Source: Dehalococcoidia bacterium
GTDB taxonomy: Bacteria > Chloroflexota > Dehalococcoidia > GIF9 > UBA5629
NCBI GenBank assembly: GCA_034432055.1
Contig: DAOUCT010000023.1
Location: 74,126 to 138,125, forward strand
Direction: 5' to 3'
DNA length: 64,000 bases
Part shown: positions 47,656-58,594 of the stretch, piece after piece
How the letters are laid out: each line of letters starts with the position of its first letter
Numbering within the stretch: position 1 is the stretch's first letter
The notes under the pieces: model-generated
Database searches by the model: none
Seen by the model: the letters and a program-made list of their open reading frames with translations, nothing else
Told to the model about the DNA's origin: nothing
Made by a program: the position numbers and the translations under genes

Positions 47656-49911
47656 ATGAAGATTGGAAAGATAGCGTTAACATTAGTGGCTTTAGTGCTG
47701 GTGGTGGCAATAGAACTGTTGCTGTCTCCAGGCTCTGTATCTGCGCAGAATTCGTGGCATGTCTCTGTCAGCGGAAGTGATGTTGAGGGTGATGGTAGCC
47801 ATGCCAAGCCGTGGCGTACTATCCAGCATGCCATAGACAGGGCTGGTTGTGGTGACACGATTGTTGTGGGTTCCGGAACATATAATGAACAGCTAAATAT
47901 CAGCAAGAGTATAGTTCTAACTTCGCCGACGGGGGATTATTTGACAAGCAGTGTTGTGCTTACTGGTGGTGGTTCAGGTTGGGCTCTCATAACTGTGGGA
48001 AATGCTGCTAGCGGCAGTGTGATTCAAGGTTTTAGGTTTGAGAAGGTTATTTCGGGTGAGGCTGTGATTTTTGGCGATGTCGGTGCTCATGACATCACTG
48101 TGAAGTCGAATAGTTTTGTAGATTGCACCGGTTCGGCGATTTTTTTATATGACACGGGCGATCATAACAGTTACAGGAGGTGGCTTGTAGCTAACAACCG
48201 GGTCGATGGGATAATTGGTACCGGTAAAGCGGGGTTGTGGCTGGGCACACTTGCTGATAGCAAGATCACGGGCAACACCATTGAGCGCACTAATGGTCCA
48301 GCGATTGTACTTCGGCACGTAGAAAATGTGACCATCTCGAGCAACCGGATTAGCAATTTTTTGGTCGCTGGTATTCTGGTCCCTGAGACTATTTCTCCTC
48401 GTTGGGGCTCGGGGCTGTTTGTTTCAGGTAATCTGATCGATGGTACTGCACAACCAAGCAGAGGACAAATAGAGACACCTGACGGGATACAAATTGTCTC
48501 TTATGTAACTAGTGTTTACATCAAGGGAAATGCTATAACCGGCAATGCGCGCGGCTGCGTGGTGTTTGGTAGTGAACCTGTGGCATCGAATATTCATGTC
48601 AACTTTAATAGCATTTATGGAAATACCGGTTATGGCGTTCAGAATCTGAGTGGTGGGCAGTTAGATGCTACTAACAACTGGTGGGGAGCAAGTGATGGCC
48701 CGAGTAATACTGGCAGGGGTTCCGGGGATGGTGTTTCCCCCGGCGTTGAGTATGAGCCCTGGCTAATGCTAAAGGTAATTGCAGAGCCTAAAAACGTGGT
48801 TATCGGAGGAGGGGCTACACTTGATGTATTTGCTGATATGACCCAAAATTCGAGGGGTGAGCATACGGCGGAGCAGGGGCATATTTTTGATGGTACGGAG
48901 ATCGTCTTTACTACAGAAAGAGGCGTTTTCGACAACAAAGATAGCAGAGTAGTCAAAACGACCGAGGATGGGAAAGGGTTAGCTGTTTTAACTTCTGGGA
49001 ATGTAAGTGGTGCTGTTGCAGTATGCGCTGAAGCACCTCACCATTCCGCAGTTCCGAGTGAACAGTATAGGCAGTGTGTGCTTGTCAACTTTGTCACCGG
49101 TGCTGCCCAATCTGTGGCTACGGCTACTGGCACAGGGAAAGCCGTTTTCGCTTCCAGTATTGGTAATATTGCCAGGCTTGCCCCTTTTTCTGAAAGTGCT
49201 GTGAGTTGCGCCAGTAGACCACCGAACATTACCTTCTTGCACGGTTTATTTTCCTTTAATGTCGTTGATATCGCTCCAGGTTCCATAGCTACTGTAAGCG
49301 TCACTTTGCCGGCACCGACGCCGAAAGGTACGCAGTTCTGGCAGTGTAAGCCCGGCAGCGGCTGGTATCAAATACCAATAGGTAGCGATGATGGTGACAA
49401 TGTGGTAACTATAAGCCTTGCAGACGGTGGGATGGGCGATCTCGACGGAATTGCTAACGGGCTTATCGTTGTGGCAGGTGGACCGGCTGTGTCAGCTCAG
49501 TTGCCTGTGTATTTGCAGGTAAAAGCGCTAGAAGTTAAGCCTGAGCGGGTATACGCTGGTCAGAGTGTGAGCATACGCGTGAAATTGGTTAACAAAAGTA
49601 ATGTAGCGGACGCTTATAATTTGGTGGTGAAAATAGACGGGCAGGAAGAACATAAGCAGACGGTAAAAGTAGATGGCGGGAGTTCTTTGTGGTATGAGTT
49701 TACGGTGACTAAAACCCAGCCTGGAACTTACAAAGTCAGCATTGATTCGAGGCAGGCTATATTTAAGGTCTTGGGTTCGAGCGAACGTCTTTATGAGCCC
49801 GCTGGTAGCTGGGTCGTCGCAGTGATAAGTATTGTGGTGGTGGTTCTAGTGGGTGGGGGACTAGCCTGGTGGTTAACTCACAGGCATCCTCAAAAGACAA
49901 CTGACCAGTGA
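47656..49911 (+). CDS. Secreted right-handed parallel beta-helix (PbH1) repeat protein with a C-terminal transmembrane anchor
   Basis: The ATG at 47656 follows AAGGAG, and a signal peptide follows. Repeated N-x-I-x-G-N beta-helix rungs and an NNWWGASDGPS motif are followed by Ig-like C-terminal domains and a terminal hydrophobic helix plus HRHPQK. Confidence 0.55.
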   Translation: MKIGKIALTLVALVLVVAIELLLSPGSVSAQNSWHVSVSGSDVEGDGSHAKPWRTIQHAIDRAGCGDTIVVGSGTYNEQLNISKSIVLTSPTGDYLTSSVVLTGGGSGWALITVGNAASGSVIQGFRFEKVISGEAVIFGDVGAHDITVKSNSFVDCTGSAIFLYDTGDHNSYRRWLVANNRVDGIIGTGKAGLWLGTLADSKITGNTIERTNGPAIVLRHVENVTISSNRISNFLVAGILVPETISPRWGSGLFVSGNLIDGTAQPSRGQIETPDGIQIVSYVTSVYIKGNAITGNARGCVVFGSEPVASNIHVNFNSIYGNTGYGVQNLSGGQLDATNNWWGASDGPSNTGRGSGDGVSPGVEYEPWLMLKVIAEPKNVVIGGGATLDVFADMTQNSRGEHTAEQGHIFDGTEIVFTTERGVFDNKDSRVVKTTEDGKGLAVLTSGNVSGAVAVCAEAPHHSAVPSEQYRQCVLVNFVTGAAQSVATATGTGKAVFASSIGNIARLAPFSESAVSCASRPPNITFLHGLFSFNVVDIAPGSIATVSVTLPAPTPKGTQFWQCKPGSGWYQIPIGSDDGDNVVTISLADGGMGDLDGIANGLIVVAGGPAVSAQLPVYLQVKALEVKPERVYAGQSVSIRVKLVNKSNVADAYNLVVKIDGQEEHKQTVKVDGGSSLWYEFTVTKTQPGTYKVSIDSRQAIFKVLGSSERLYEPAGSWVVAVISIVVVVLVGGGLAWWLTHRHPQKTTDQ

Positions 49912-50168
49912 AGCTTTGTAATGTTGGTTGTCCCGTAGCTGTTTGGCAGTCTAGGGCATTGCTCGAGGTGCAGTAAAATATCTTGTTCAGTCTCGTTTTG
50001 TTTGCTTTTTAGACTGTACTGTATTTTTGCTTACTGGACATTCGCATTTAAGCCGATTTGTGACCCGAGTGTTGCCTGTCTAGGTCGAATGTGCTAATCT
50101 TTTAGAGATTGGCGTTTATCGCTTTCGGACTCGATTGTAGGTGGCTTAGATTTTTAAGGAGGTAAAAA

Positions 50169-51257
50169 GTGAAGGTATGCATTTCTTTTTTGCTGGTGGC
50201 GTTTATTTGTGCTGCTACTTTAGGACTGGGTTCATGCGCTAAGGCAAAGCCAGTGGAGATGATAGAGTTAACTTATAGCAATTTTTTCCCTCCGACACAT
50301 TTGAATTCGCTATTAGCTGAAAAGTTTTGCCAGGAAGTAGAAAAGCGCACTAATGGCAAAGTGCGAATTACACATTACCCAGGTGGTTCACTGACACCTG
50401 CTGCTGGGGTCTATGATGGAGTGGTTAAGGGGATCTCTGATATAGGCATGTCCTGCTTGGCTTACACTGTGGGCAGATTTCCTGCATCTGAGATTGTGGA
50501 TTTACCTCATGCTTATCCCAATGGTTGGGTAGCAACTAAGGTAGCAAATGATTTTTATCACGAATTTAAGCCTAAAGAATTTGAAGATGTACAGGTTCTC
50601 TATTTTCATGCTCACGGTCCTGGGGTTTTGTTTACCACCAAGAAGCCTGTGCGTAAACTGGATGACCTTAAAGGTATGGTGATTAGGTCTACAGGGGTAG
50701 GGGCTAAGATAATGGAAGCTTTGGGGGCTAAGGGATATGGTGCCTCACAAGCTGAAGCTTACGAATTGATGTCCAAAGGGACAATCGATGGCAGCTTTAC
50801 ACCTCGTGAAGTGCTCAAGGGGTGGAAACAAGCTGAGGTCGTGAAGTATGTCACTCTTTGCTACGACGTTGGCAATACTACTGATATGTTTGTGGTCATG
50901 AACAAAAACAAATGGGTGGGTCTTCCCAGCAATGTGCAAAAGGTTTTCTTGGATGTCAGCAAGGAATGGGTAGATAAACATGGCATTGTTTGGACTTATT
51001 ACGACAGAGTGGCGATACAATATTTTCTTACTTTCCCGGATAGGGAGCTGATTGAGTTACCTGCTGATGAAATGGGGCGATGGGTAACGGCAGCCAAGCC
51101 CTTGATAGATCAATATATTCAACAAAAGACAGCGATGGGATTGCCAGCAGCAAGCTATGAGGAATATCTTATTCAGCGCGTTAGATATTGGTCAGAGAAA
51201 GCACCTAGTGAGGAATTTTGTGTTAACTGGGTGGAAAAAGAATTAGCGGTTAAATAA
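50169..51257 (+). CDS. dctP: TRAP transporter substrate-binding protein (DctP family)
   Basis: 362 aa with a GTG start after AAGGAGG. It has a lipoprotein-type signal (LGLGSC) and a DctP-like fold signature. Confidence 0.65.
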   Translation: MKVCISFLLVAFICAATLGLGSCAKAKPVEMIELTYSNFFPPTHLNSLLAEKFCQEVEKRTNGKVRITHYPGGSLTPAAGVYDGVVKGISDIGMSCLAYTVGRFPASEIVDLPHAYPNGWVATKVANDFYHEFKPKEFEDVQVLYFHAHGPGVLFTTKKPVRKLDDLKGMVIRSTGVGAKIMEALGAKGYGASQAEAYELMSKGTIDGSFTPREVLKGWKQAEVVKYVTLCYDVGNTTDMFVVMNKNKWVGLPSNVQKVFLDVSKEWVDKHGIVWTYYDRVAIQYFLTFPDRELIELPADEMGRWVTAAKPLIDQYIQQKTAMGLPAASYEEYLIQRVRYWSEKAPSEEFCVNWVEKELAVK

Positions 51258-51285
51258 CAAGTTCGCAGTTAAAGGATTCCAGGGG

Positions 51286-51822
51286 GTGCTCGATGGGTGT
51301 AGAGTTGGGCACCCCCGTAAGTGTTCTTGGAGTGTTAGCGTGGACAGATTCGAAAAGGTTGTCCTTATTCTAAGCAAATGGCTCAACTGGTTTGCTGGGG
51401 TGGCGATGGTCTTTATGCTTCTCCTTATTGTCGTTGATGTGATTGGGGCAAAAGTGTTTCACAGCCCTATTCCCGGCAGCATTGAGCTTACTGCTTTCTT
51501 GAGCGTGGTGGTCATCAGTTTTGCCGTAGCAGAAACGCAGGTTATGCGTGGGCATATTGAGGTGGAATTCCTGGTGTCACGCCTGCCCAAAGTCGTCCAG
51601 AGGGCTGTTGCTTGCATCATCTATCCGCTGGCGATATTGTTATTTGCTCTGATAGCTTGGAAGAGCTTTGATTTTGGGTATAGCCTTCAATCAAGTGGTG
51701 AGGTATCCATGACACAGCGGTTGCCATTTTACCCTCTTCTTTACGGTATAGCTTTTTCTGCTATTGTAGTTTGTCTAGTGTTGGTGGTGCAGTATATAAA
51801 GGCTTTGAATTCTGAAAGATGA
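51286..51822 (+). CDS. dctQ: TRAP transporter small permease (DctQ family)
   Basis: Four predicted transmembrane helices. The start may instead be the GTG at 51340. It overlaps dctM by 4 nt. Confidence 0.55.
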   Translation: MLDGCRVGHPRKCSWSVSVDRFEKVVLILSKWLNWFAGVAMVFMLLLIVVDVIGAKVFHSPIPGSIELTAFLSVVVISFAVAETQVMRGHIEVEFLVSRLPKVVQRAVACIIYPLAILLFALIAWKSFDFGYSLQSSGEVSMTQRLPFYPLLYGIAFSAIVVCLVLVVQYIKALNSER

Positions 51823-53126
51823 GTCCTCCAGTTATCGGGATTATCAGCATAATTGTGCTTGTTGTTGTTTTCCTTTTTCGCCTACCGGTTGGCTTTGCCA
51901 TGGCACTGGTCGGTGTTGCAGGCTTCAGTTATCTGGTGTCTGCCGAAGCAGGACTCAGCATTCTAGCCCGCGATATTTTTTACACATTTTCATCCTATTC
52001 TTTCACTGTTATTCCAATGTTCGTGCTAATGGGGTGCATCGCTTTCACTTCAGGTATGGGGAGGCGGTTGTACGATGCTAGCTATTTACTATTGGGGAAA
52101 TTGCGTGGGGGACTGGCTATGGCAGCTGTGGCTGCTTGCGCCGGTTTTGCGGCGATATGTGGTTCCACCACAGCCACGGCTGCGGCTATGGGAAAAGTAT
52201 CTGTACCTGAGATGCGAAGATATGGGTATGATGATTCTTTGGCTGCAGGCTGTGTAGCTGCTGCTGGGACATTAGGTATACTCATTCCTCCGAGTACAGT
52301 ATTTATTGTCTATGGCGTGATGACCGAACAATCGATTGGAAAACTTTTTGTTGCTGGTATCATTCCAGGTTTAATCTTGGTGGCTTTATTCATAGTCGTA
52401 GTCGCTTTGTTATGCAGGTTTAACCCTGGGCTGGCTCCGCTAGCTACGGAGTCAAAAACTGGAGGGTGGAAATCTGGTGCTTTTGCTGGGGTTATTGAAA
52501 CGTTAGTTCTGTTTACTTTTGTGATCACAGGACTTTTTCTGGGCTGGTTTAGTCCCACACAAGCTGGCGGTATGGGGGCTGCAGGTGTAATGGTCATCAG
52601 CCTGCTCACCCGGCAGTTTACATGGAAAGGGTTTTTGGAAGCAGTCAAGGATTCGTTGAGGATAACATGCATGGTGCTGGTCATAGTTGCCGGGGCAACT
52701 GTCTTCGGGCATTTCCTAGCAGTTACTAAGATACCCCTTCTTTTGTCCCAGCAGGTGGTGCATTTATCATTGTCTCCTTTGGCTGTTGTAGGGGTTATAA
52801 TGGTCATCTATTTGATAGGGGGATGTTTCATGGATGCTCTAGCTCTGGTTGTTCTAACCATTCCTATTTTCTATCCTGTAGTAACTGCTCTAGGCTTTGA
52901 CCCTATCTGGTTTGGCGTGATGGTTGTACTGGCTACAGGCATGGGTGTTATTACACCGCCGGTGGGAGTGAATGTGTATGTTGTAAAAGGTATAGTGCCT
53001 GATGTGGCATTGGAGACTGTTTTTAAAGGAGCCTTGCCTTTTCTTGGTGCGCAACTTGCTGTGGTGGTCATATTGATGGCATTCCCTGCGATTGCCACTT
53101 TCTTGCCCGGTCTGGTAGCATACTGA
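51819..53126 (+). CDS. dctM: TRAP transporter large permease (DctM family)
   Basis: 435 aa, polytopic, of DctM-like length and hydrophobic pattern. Confidence 0.7.
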   Translation: MSPPVIGIISIIVLVVVFLFRLPVGFAMALVGVAGFSYLVSAEAGLSILARDIFYTFSSYSFTVIPMFVLMGCIAFTSGMGRRLYDASYLLLGKLRGGLAMAAVAACAGFAAICGSTTATAAAMGKVSVPEMRRYGYDDSLAAGCVAAAGTLGILIPPSTVFIVYGVMTEQSIGKLFVAGIIPGLILVALFIVVVALLCRFNPGLAPLATESKTGGWKSGAFAGVIETLVLFTFVITGLFLGWFSPTQAGGMGAAGVMVISLLTRQFTWKGFLEAVKDSLRITCMVLVIVAGATVFGHFLAVTKIPLLLSQQVVHLSLSPLAVVGVIMVIYLIGGCFMDALALVVLTIPIFYPVVTALGFDPIWFGVMVVLATGMGVITPPVGVNVYVVKGIVPDVALETVFKGALPFLGAQLAVVVILMAFPAIATFLPGLVAY

Positions 53127-53140
53127 AATGGAGTCAGGCT

Positions 53141-54721
53141 GTGAAAGAGGTGGAAGTGAGCAACATTTGTGATATGTTAGCTGAAAATGCCAGGCTTTAT
53201 CCTGGCGAGATTGCTTTGGTGGAATTGAAGCCTAGCAAGGGGTTCAGGAGGGAGATTTCATGGCAGGAATTTGATAGAAGATCGAACAAAATAGCAAATG
53301 CACTTTTGGGGCGTGGAATTCGAAAAGGTGACAGGGTGTTACATTGGATGATAAACTCTATCGAGTGGCTTGTGGTTTACTTCGGTATTATCAAAACAGG
53401 TGCATGGGTGGTTCCTCTCAATTTCCGGTTCACCCCCCGTGATTTTAGGTACTGTGCAGAAATATCGGAAGCCAGAATGATAGTCATGGGGGGTGAATTT
53501 GTTGACAAAGTTCAATCGGTGCGGGCACAGTTAAGCACAGTGCAGGACTGTATAGTAGCTGGCAGCGATTCTCCTGAGGTAGAGGGGATGGAATCCTTAG
53601 ACGAGGTTGTTGCTGAATCGTCCGATAGTCCGGTGAGTATCAAGCTAAATAGCGAGGACGAGTGTGGGCTTTATTTCACGTCGGGAACTACAGGGCAGCC
53701 CAAGCCGATACTTTTGACTCATGGCAATATGGTCTGTGCAGCTATAACTGAGCAAGCGCACCATTATCAGACGCGCGAGGATAATTTTGTTCTCCTCCCG
53801 CCTCTTTATCACACCGGGGCGAAAATGCATTGGTTTGGCAGCCTGATGGTAGGCGGCAAGGCTACTATCCTGACTGAGATTAATCCTAGAAACATATTTG
53901 AGACTGTGGATAGAGAAAGAGGGACCATCGTATGGCTTCTAGTACCGTGGGTTCACGATATATTGGTAGCACTGGACAGTGGTGAACTGAAAAAGGAGGA
54001 TTATGACTTGAGTTGCTGGCGTTTGATGCATATAGGAGCTCAGCCAGTGCCTCCAAAGTTAGTCCAGCGGTGGAAGGAGTATTTCCCCAATATGCAATAT
54101 GATACCAATTATGGTTTGAGCGAAGCTACAGGTCCGGGTTGTGTCCATCTAGGCATAGAAAATGAAAGGAAGGTAGGCTCTATCGGTAAGGCTGGATATA
54201 ATTGGCAGGTCAGGATTGTAGATGACAAAGGTCGGGACGTGGTTCCAGGGCAGGTCGGTGAGCTTATAGTGAAGGGTGGTGGTGTTATGAAAGGTTATTA
54301 CAAGAATTCCGAGAAAACGGCAGAAACTGTAAGGAACGGCTGGTTATATACTGGTGACTTAGCCCGAATAGATGGGGAAGGATTTATTTACCTCGTCGAT
54401 AGAAAAAAGGATGTCATCATAACAGGCGGGGAAAATATATACCCGGCTGAGGTGGAGGAGATTCTTCACGGGCATCCCAAGATTTATGATGTGGCAATTG
54501 TTGGAGTCCCGGATGAAAGACTGGGGGAGATAGCAGTGGCAGTTATTGAGCCTAAACCAAGGCAAGAACTCACTGAAGCTGAGGTACAGGAGTTTTGTGA
54601 GCAGAATCTGGCTAGGCATCTCCGACCAAGGCGGATTATATTTGATAAAGTACCAAGAAACCCTACCGGGAAGATAGAAAAGCCGAGATTGAGAGAAAAA
54701 TTGTGCAAATTTCTAATTTAA
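53141..54721 (+). CDS. AMP-dependent acyl-CoA synthetase/ligase
   Basis: 526 aa with the adenylation motif YFTSGTTGQPKP and the C-terminal motif GWLYTGDLARIDGEGF. Confidence 0.8.
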   Translation: MKEVEVSNICDMLAENARLYPGEIALVELKPSKGFRREISWQEFDRRSNKIANALLGRGIRKGDRVLHWMINSIEWLVVYFGIIKTGAWVVPLNFRFTPRDFRYCAEISEARMIVMGGEFVDKVQSVRAQLSTVQDCIVAGSDSPEVEGMESLDEVVAESSDSPVSIKLNSEDECGLYFTSGTTGQPKPILLTHGNMVCAAITEQAHHYQTREDNFVLLPPLYHTGAKMHWFGSLMVGGKATILTEINPRNIFETVDRERGTIVWLLVPWVHDILVALDSGELKKEDYDLSCWRLMHIGAQPVPPKLVQRWKEYFPNMQYDTNYGLSEATGPGCVHLGIENERKVGSIGKAGYNWQVRIVDDKGRDVVPGQVGELIVKGGGVMKGYYKNSEKTAETVRNGWLYTGDLARIDGEGFIYLVDRKKDVIITGGENIYPAEVEEILHGHPKIYDVAIVGVPDERLGEIAVAVIEPKPRQELTEAEVQEFCEQNLARHLRPRRIIFDKVPRNPTGKIEKPRLREKLCKFLI

Positions 54722-54745
54722 GTCATTGTGCCTGTTTGTGCTATC

Positions 54746-54774
54746 TTGACAAAGTATGATTTCGGTGTTATACT
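54746..54774 (+). promoter_or_regulatory. Consensus sigma-70 promoter TTGACA, 17 nt spacer, TATACT upstream of rpoB
   Basis: The -35 is at 54746-54751 and the -10 at 54769-54774. The predicted leader to the rpoB TTG at 54953 is about 170 nt. Confidence 0.5.
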
Positions 54775-54952
54775 AGTTTTTTGCCTATAGAATATGACGT
54801 CTGAGTTATTTACTTAACCTTCCCCGCAATCCGTTGTTGCTAGCTCCGTACTGTTTTCTGAACCCAGGTGCTATAAGACGGTTTTATTGTATTGTTTTAC
54901 TAGGAGAATCACTTTTTAAGAAGAGATAAGGTGGTCAAAAAGGAGTACTGTC

Positions 54953-57900
54953 TTGATACATCGAAAATCTTTTGCCAAGCTGCCTGAAGTTTTGCAAATT
55001 CCTAACCTTATTAAGGTCCAACTGGACTCATTCCGCTGGTTCCAAGAGCAGGGGCTGAAAGAGCTTCTGGATGAGGTATCGCCTATTCTCGACTTTACCG
55101 GAAATAGACTGGAGTTACACTTTATAAGCTATGAGTTTCGTCCATCTGTATACTCGGTGGATGAATGTCGTGAACGGGACATGACATATGCTGCTCCTCT
55201 TTATGTGAGAAGCAGGCTGATTGTGAAGGAAACCGGTGAGATCAAGGAACAGGATATCTTCTTCGGCGACATTCCTCTTATGACAGATAAAGGCACATTT
55301 GTTATCAGCGGCGCAGAGCGGGTGGTCGTTAACCAGCTTGTGAGATCCCCCGGGATCTATTTCAGTTTACAGGAAGACCCTGCTACTGGGCGGGAACTTT
55401 GTGTGGCGAAATTGATTCCGGAACATGGTGCTTGGCTGGAGTTTGAAACTTTAGGTAGAAGTATAATTTATGTGAAGGTGGACGGCAAAAGAAAGATACC
55501 CGTTGTTGTCCTGCTGCGCGCTATCGGCTGTATGGACGATAGTGAACTGCATGATATTTTCTATGATGTCGAGATGCTGTCGGGGCATAGCGGCGTCCAG
55601 TCCGGGATAGAAAAGGATTTTGGAATCAAAACTCAAGAAGAGGCGCTGTTAGATGTTTACAGGCGCTTGCGTCCGGGAGAGTTACCTACTGTTGAGAATG
55701 CGCAGACACTTTTGAATAATCTTTTCTTTAACCCTCGGCGCTATGATCTCGGGAGGGTAGGGCGCTACAAGCTTAATAGCAGATTGGGGCTGAGTATCGA
55801 TGAGAATCAACGGTGCTTAACAAAAGAGGACTTTGTCGAAATTGTCCGTCAAATTGTGAGGATCAATAATGGATTTGAGGAACCAGACGATATCGACCAT
55901 CTGCGCAATCGTCGTGTGCGTACAGTGGGGCATCTTGTGCAAAACCAGTTTCGTATCGGTTTGCTGCGTTTAGAAAGGACGATTAAGGAGCGGATGAGTA
56001 TTGTCGGCCCCGAGGCTGCTACTCCAGCCAATCTTATCAACAACCGCCCTATAGTTGCTGCCATGCGGGAGTTTTTCGGTGGCTCACAGCTGTCGCAGTT
56101 TATGGATCAGACTAACCCACTGGCTGAGCTTACACACAGACGCCGTCTTTCAGCGATGGGGCCTGGAGGACTCAGCCGGGAGCGTGCTGGTTTTGATGTG
56201 CGAGATGTGCATCATTCTCACTACGGTAAAATCTGCCCTATAGAAACACCGGAAGGTCCAAACATCGGGCTGATCGGCTCCCTTGCGACTTATGCATCCA
56301 TTAATGATTATGGGTTTATTCAGACTCCTTATCGGAAAGTGCTTTGTGAAGTCCTTAACACCGCGGAAGAATTGAAGGGGAGGACTCTTGCTGAGGATGT
56401 GTTGGGGGCAGGTGGGCAGTTGATCGCATCAAAGGGTACTTTAGTTACGAAAGGGATCGCTCAAAAACTTCAAGCGTTATCACCCCGCAAAATCAAGGTA
56501 GTCCCCTTTGTGTCTGGTGAAATTGTTTACCTGACCGCTGAAGACGAAGAACGTTACACGATCGCGCAGGCCAATGCACGGCTCAATGAACGGAATGAGT
56601 TTGTTGAAGAGAGAGTTGGAGTAATGAGAGGTGGAAAGTATCTTAAGGAGCCAGCCGAGAAAGTGGACTTGATGGATGTTTCACCAAAGCAGGTATTTAG
56701 TGTTACTACCTCACTTATACCATTCCTTGAGCACGATGATGCTAACCGAGCTTTGATGGGGTCGAATATGCAGCGCCAGGCGGTCCCATTGATTTGCCCT
56801 GAAGCTCCGATCATTGGGACAGGGATGGAAAAAGAAGTGGCCAAATATAGTGGTCAAGTGGTGTTTGCTCGCGGAGATGGAAAGGTCGTGTCTGTTAGCG
56901 GAGACAGGATTGTTGTCCGCGAGGATGATGGCGAAACGCGAGTCTACCCGCTGATTAAATTTTCCCGTACCAATCAGGGTACATGTATCAATCAGAGACC
57001 CGTGGTTTCTAAAGGTGACACGGTTAAGAAAGGGCAGGTTATAGCTGACGGTTCAGCTACGGATCAAGGAGAACTTGCCTTGGGGCAGAATATACTTTGT
57101 GCGTTTATGAGCTGGCGCGGTTATAACTTTGAGGATGCGGTTATTATAAGTGACAGGTTAGTCAAGGATGACAGGTTCACCTCCATACATATTGAGAGGT
57201 ATGAGATCGAAGCCCGTGAAACTAAGCTTGGTCCGGAAGAAATCACAAGGGATATACCTAATGTCGGAGAGGAGAGTCTACGTGACTTAGATGAGTTCGG
57301 TATTATTCGTGTCGGTGCTGAGGTCGGGCCTGGTTCTATATTGGTAGGCAAGATCACTCCTAAGGGAGAGACTGAACTTACTGCTGAGGAGAGGTTATTA
57401 CGTGCTATATTTGGTGAAAAAGCGCGCGAGGTCAAGGATAGCTCTTTGAGGGTACCACATGGTGAGTGGGGTAAGGTGATCGATGTGAAGGTATTTTCCA
57501 GAGATAACCATAGTGATTTACCAGCCGGCGTGCATAAACTTGTACGCGTGTGGGTGGCACAAAGGAGAAAGATTTCTGTCGGCGATAAGATGGCAGGCAG
57601 GCACGGTAATAAAGGTGTCATATCTTGCATTGTACCAGAGGAAGACATGCCAATCTTACCCGATGGAAGATCAGTTGACATAATTCTTAATCCTATAGGT
57701 GTGCCATCTCGTATGAACATAGGTCAAATCCTTGAGGCGCATTTAGGCTGGGCTGCTGAGGCTCTTGGCTTTAAAGTGCTCAATCCTATTTTCGATGGGG
57801 CAAGCGATACGGCTATAGAAGATGCTTTGGCAAGGGCTTGGATAGTTGAGCAATCTGGCGCTATTGACCGCGCTTGTGCTGACAGGCATAGGAAGATTGA

Positions 57901-58582
57901 TATTGAGAAAGCAAAATCATGGCTTGCGGATAATGGTTATAACCCTGATAAAGTCTTTGATGACCAGTACTCAGGGGTGGCGAGGGATGTTTGTCTTCGT
58001 TTATGGCTGGAAAGTTTAGGTGTAAAAGCCTATAAGCTCAGCGACCAAGAGGTGGAGGAAATGGTAGACAAGGTCTATATGGAACATAGGCTGTCGCCTC
58101 CTATATTTGGCAAGATGAATCTGCGCGATGGGCGGACTGGGGAGGCGTTTGATCAGCCAGTAACAGTCGGTGTCCTTTACATTATGAAGCTTATCCACCT
58201 GGTAGAAGACAAAGTGCATGCTCGTTCAACAGGTCCTTATTCTTTGATTACCCAGCAGCCGCTTGGAGGGAAGGCACAGTTTGGTGGTCAGCGTTTTGGC
58301 GAGATGGAGGTGTGGGCACTGGAAGCATATGGTGCTAGCTATACGCTTCAGGAGATGCTCACTATCAAATCAGACGATGTGACTGGCAGAGCCAAAGCTT
58401 ATGAAGCTCTAGTTAAAGGTGAGGATGTGTTTCAGCCCGGGGTTCCAGAGTCTTTTAAAGTTCTATTTATGGAATTGCGCAGTTTAGGTCTCGCTGTGGA
58501 ATTGCTTAATGAAGAGGAGGAGGTGGTGGGATTTCTTGAGGAGAGGAAGCGGATAGGGAGCAAGGCTAGGACTTCGAGTTAA
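54953..58582 (+). CDS. rpoB: DNA-directed RNA polymerase beta subunit
   Basis: 1209 aa with a TTG start preceded by AAAGGAG. Conserved beta-subunit blocks are present throughout. Confidence 0.95.
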   Translation: MIHRKSFAKLPEVLQIPNLIKVQLDSFRWFQEQGLKELLDEVSPILDFTGNRLELHFISYEFRPSVYSVDECRERDMTYAAPLYVRSRLIVKETGEIKEQDIFFGDIPLMTDKGTFVISGAERVVVNQLVRSPGIYFSLQEDPATGRELCVAKLIPEHGAWLEFETLGRSIIYVKVDGKRKIPVVVLLRAIGCMDDSELHDIFYDVEMLSGHSGVQSGIEKDFGIKTQEEALLDVYRRLRPGELPTVENAQTLLNNLFFNPRRYDLGRVGRYKLNSRLGLSIDENQRCLTKEDFVEIVRQIVRINNGFEEPDDIDHLRNRRVRTVGHLVQNQFRIGLLRLERTIKERMSIVGPEAATPANLINNRPIVAAMREFFGGSQLSQFMDQTNPLAELTHRRRLSAMGPGGLSRERAGFDVRDVHHSHYGKICPIETPEGPNIGLIGSLATYASINDYGFIQTPYRKVLCEVLNTAEELKGRTLAEDVLGAGGQLIASKGTLVTKGIAQKLQALSPRKIKVVPFVSGEIVYLTAEDEERYTIAQANARLNERNEFVEERVGVMRGGKYLKEPAEKVDLMDVSPKQVFSVTTSLIPFLEHDDANRALMGSNMQRQAVPLICPEAPIIGTGMEKEVAKYSGQVVFARGDGKVVSVSGDRIVVREDDGETRVYPLIKFSRTNQGTCINQRPVVSKGDTVKKGQVIADGSATDQGELALGQNILCAFMSWRGYNFEDAVIISDRLVKDDRFTSIHIERYEIEARETKLGPEEITRDIPNVGEESLRDLDEFGIIRVGAEVGPGSILVGKITPKGETELTAEERLLRAIFGEKAREVKDSSLRVPHGEWGKVIDVKVFSRDNHSDLPAGVHKLVRVWVAQRRKISVGDKMAGRHGNKGVISCIVPEEDMPILPDGRSVDIILNPIGVPSRMNIGQILEAHLGWAAEALGFKVLNPIFDGASDTAIEDALARAWIVEQSGAIDRACADRHRKIDIEKAKSWLADNGYNPDKVFDDQYSGVARDVCLRLWLESLGVKAYKLSDQEVEEMVDKVYMEHRLSPPIFGKMNLRDGRTGEAFDQPVTVGVLYIMKLIHLVEDKVHARSTGPYSLITQQPLGGKAQFGGQRFGEMEVWALEAYGASYTLQEMLTIKSDDVTGRAKAYEALVKGEDVFQPGVPESFKVLFMELRSLGLAVELLNEEEEVVGFLEERKRIGSKARTSS

Positions 58583-58594
58583 GGGAGAGGCAAG

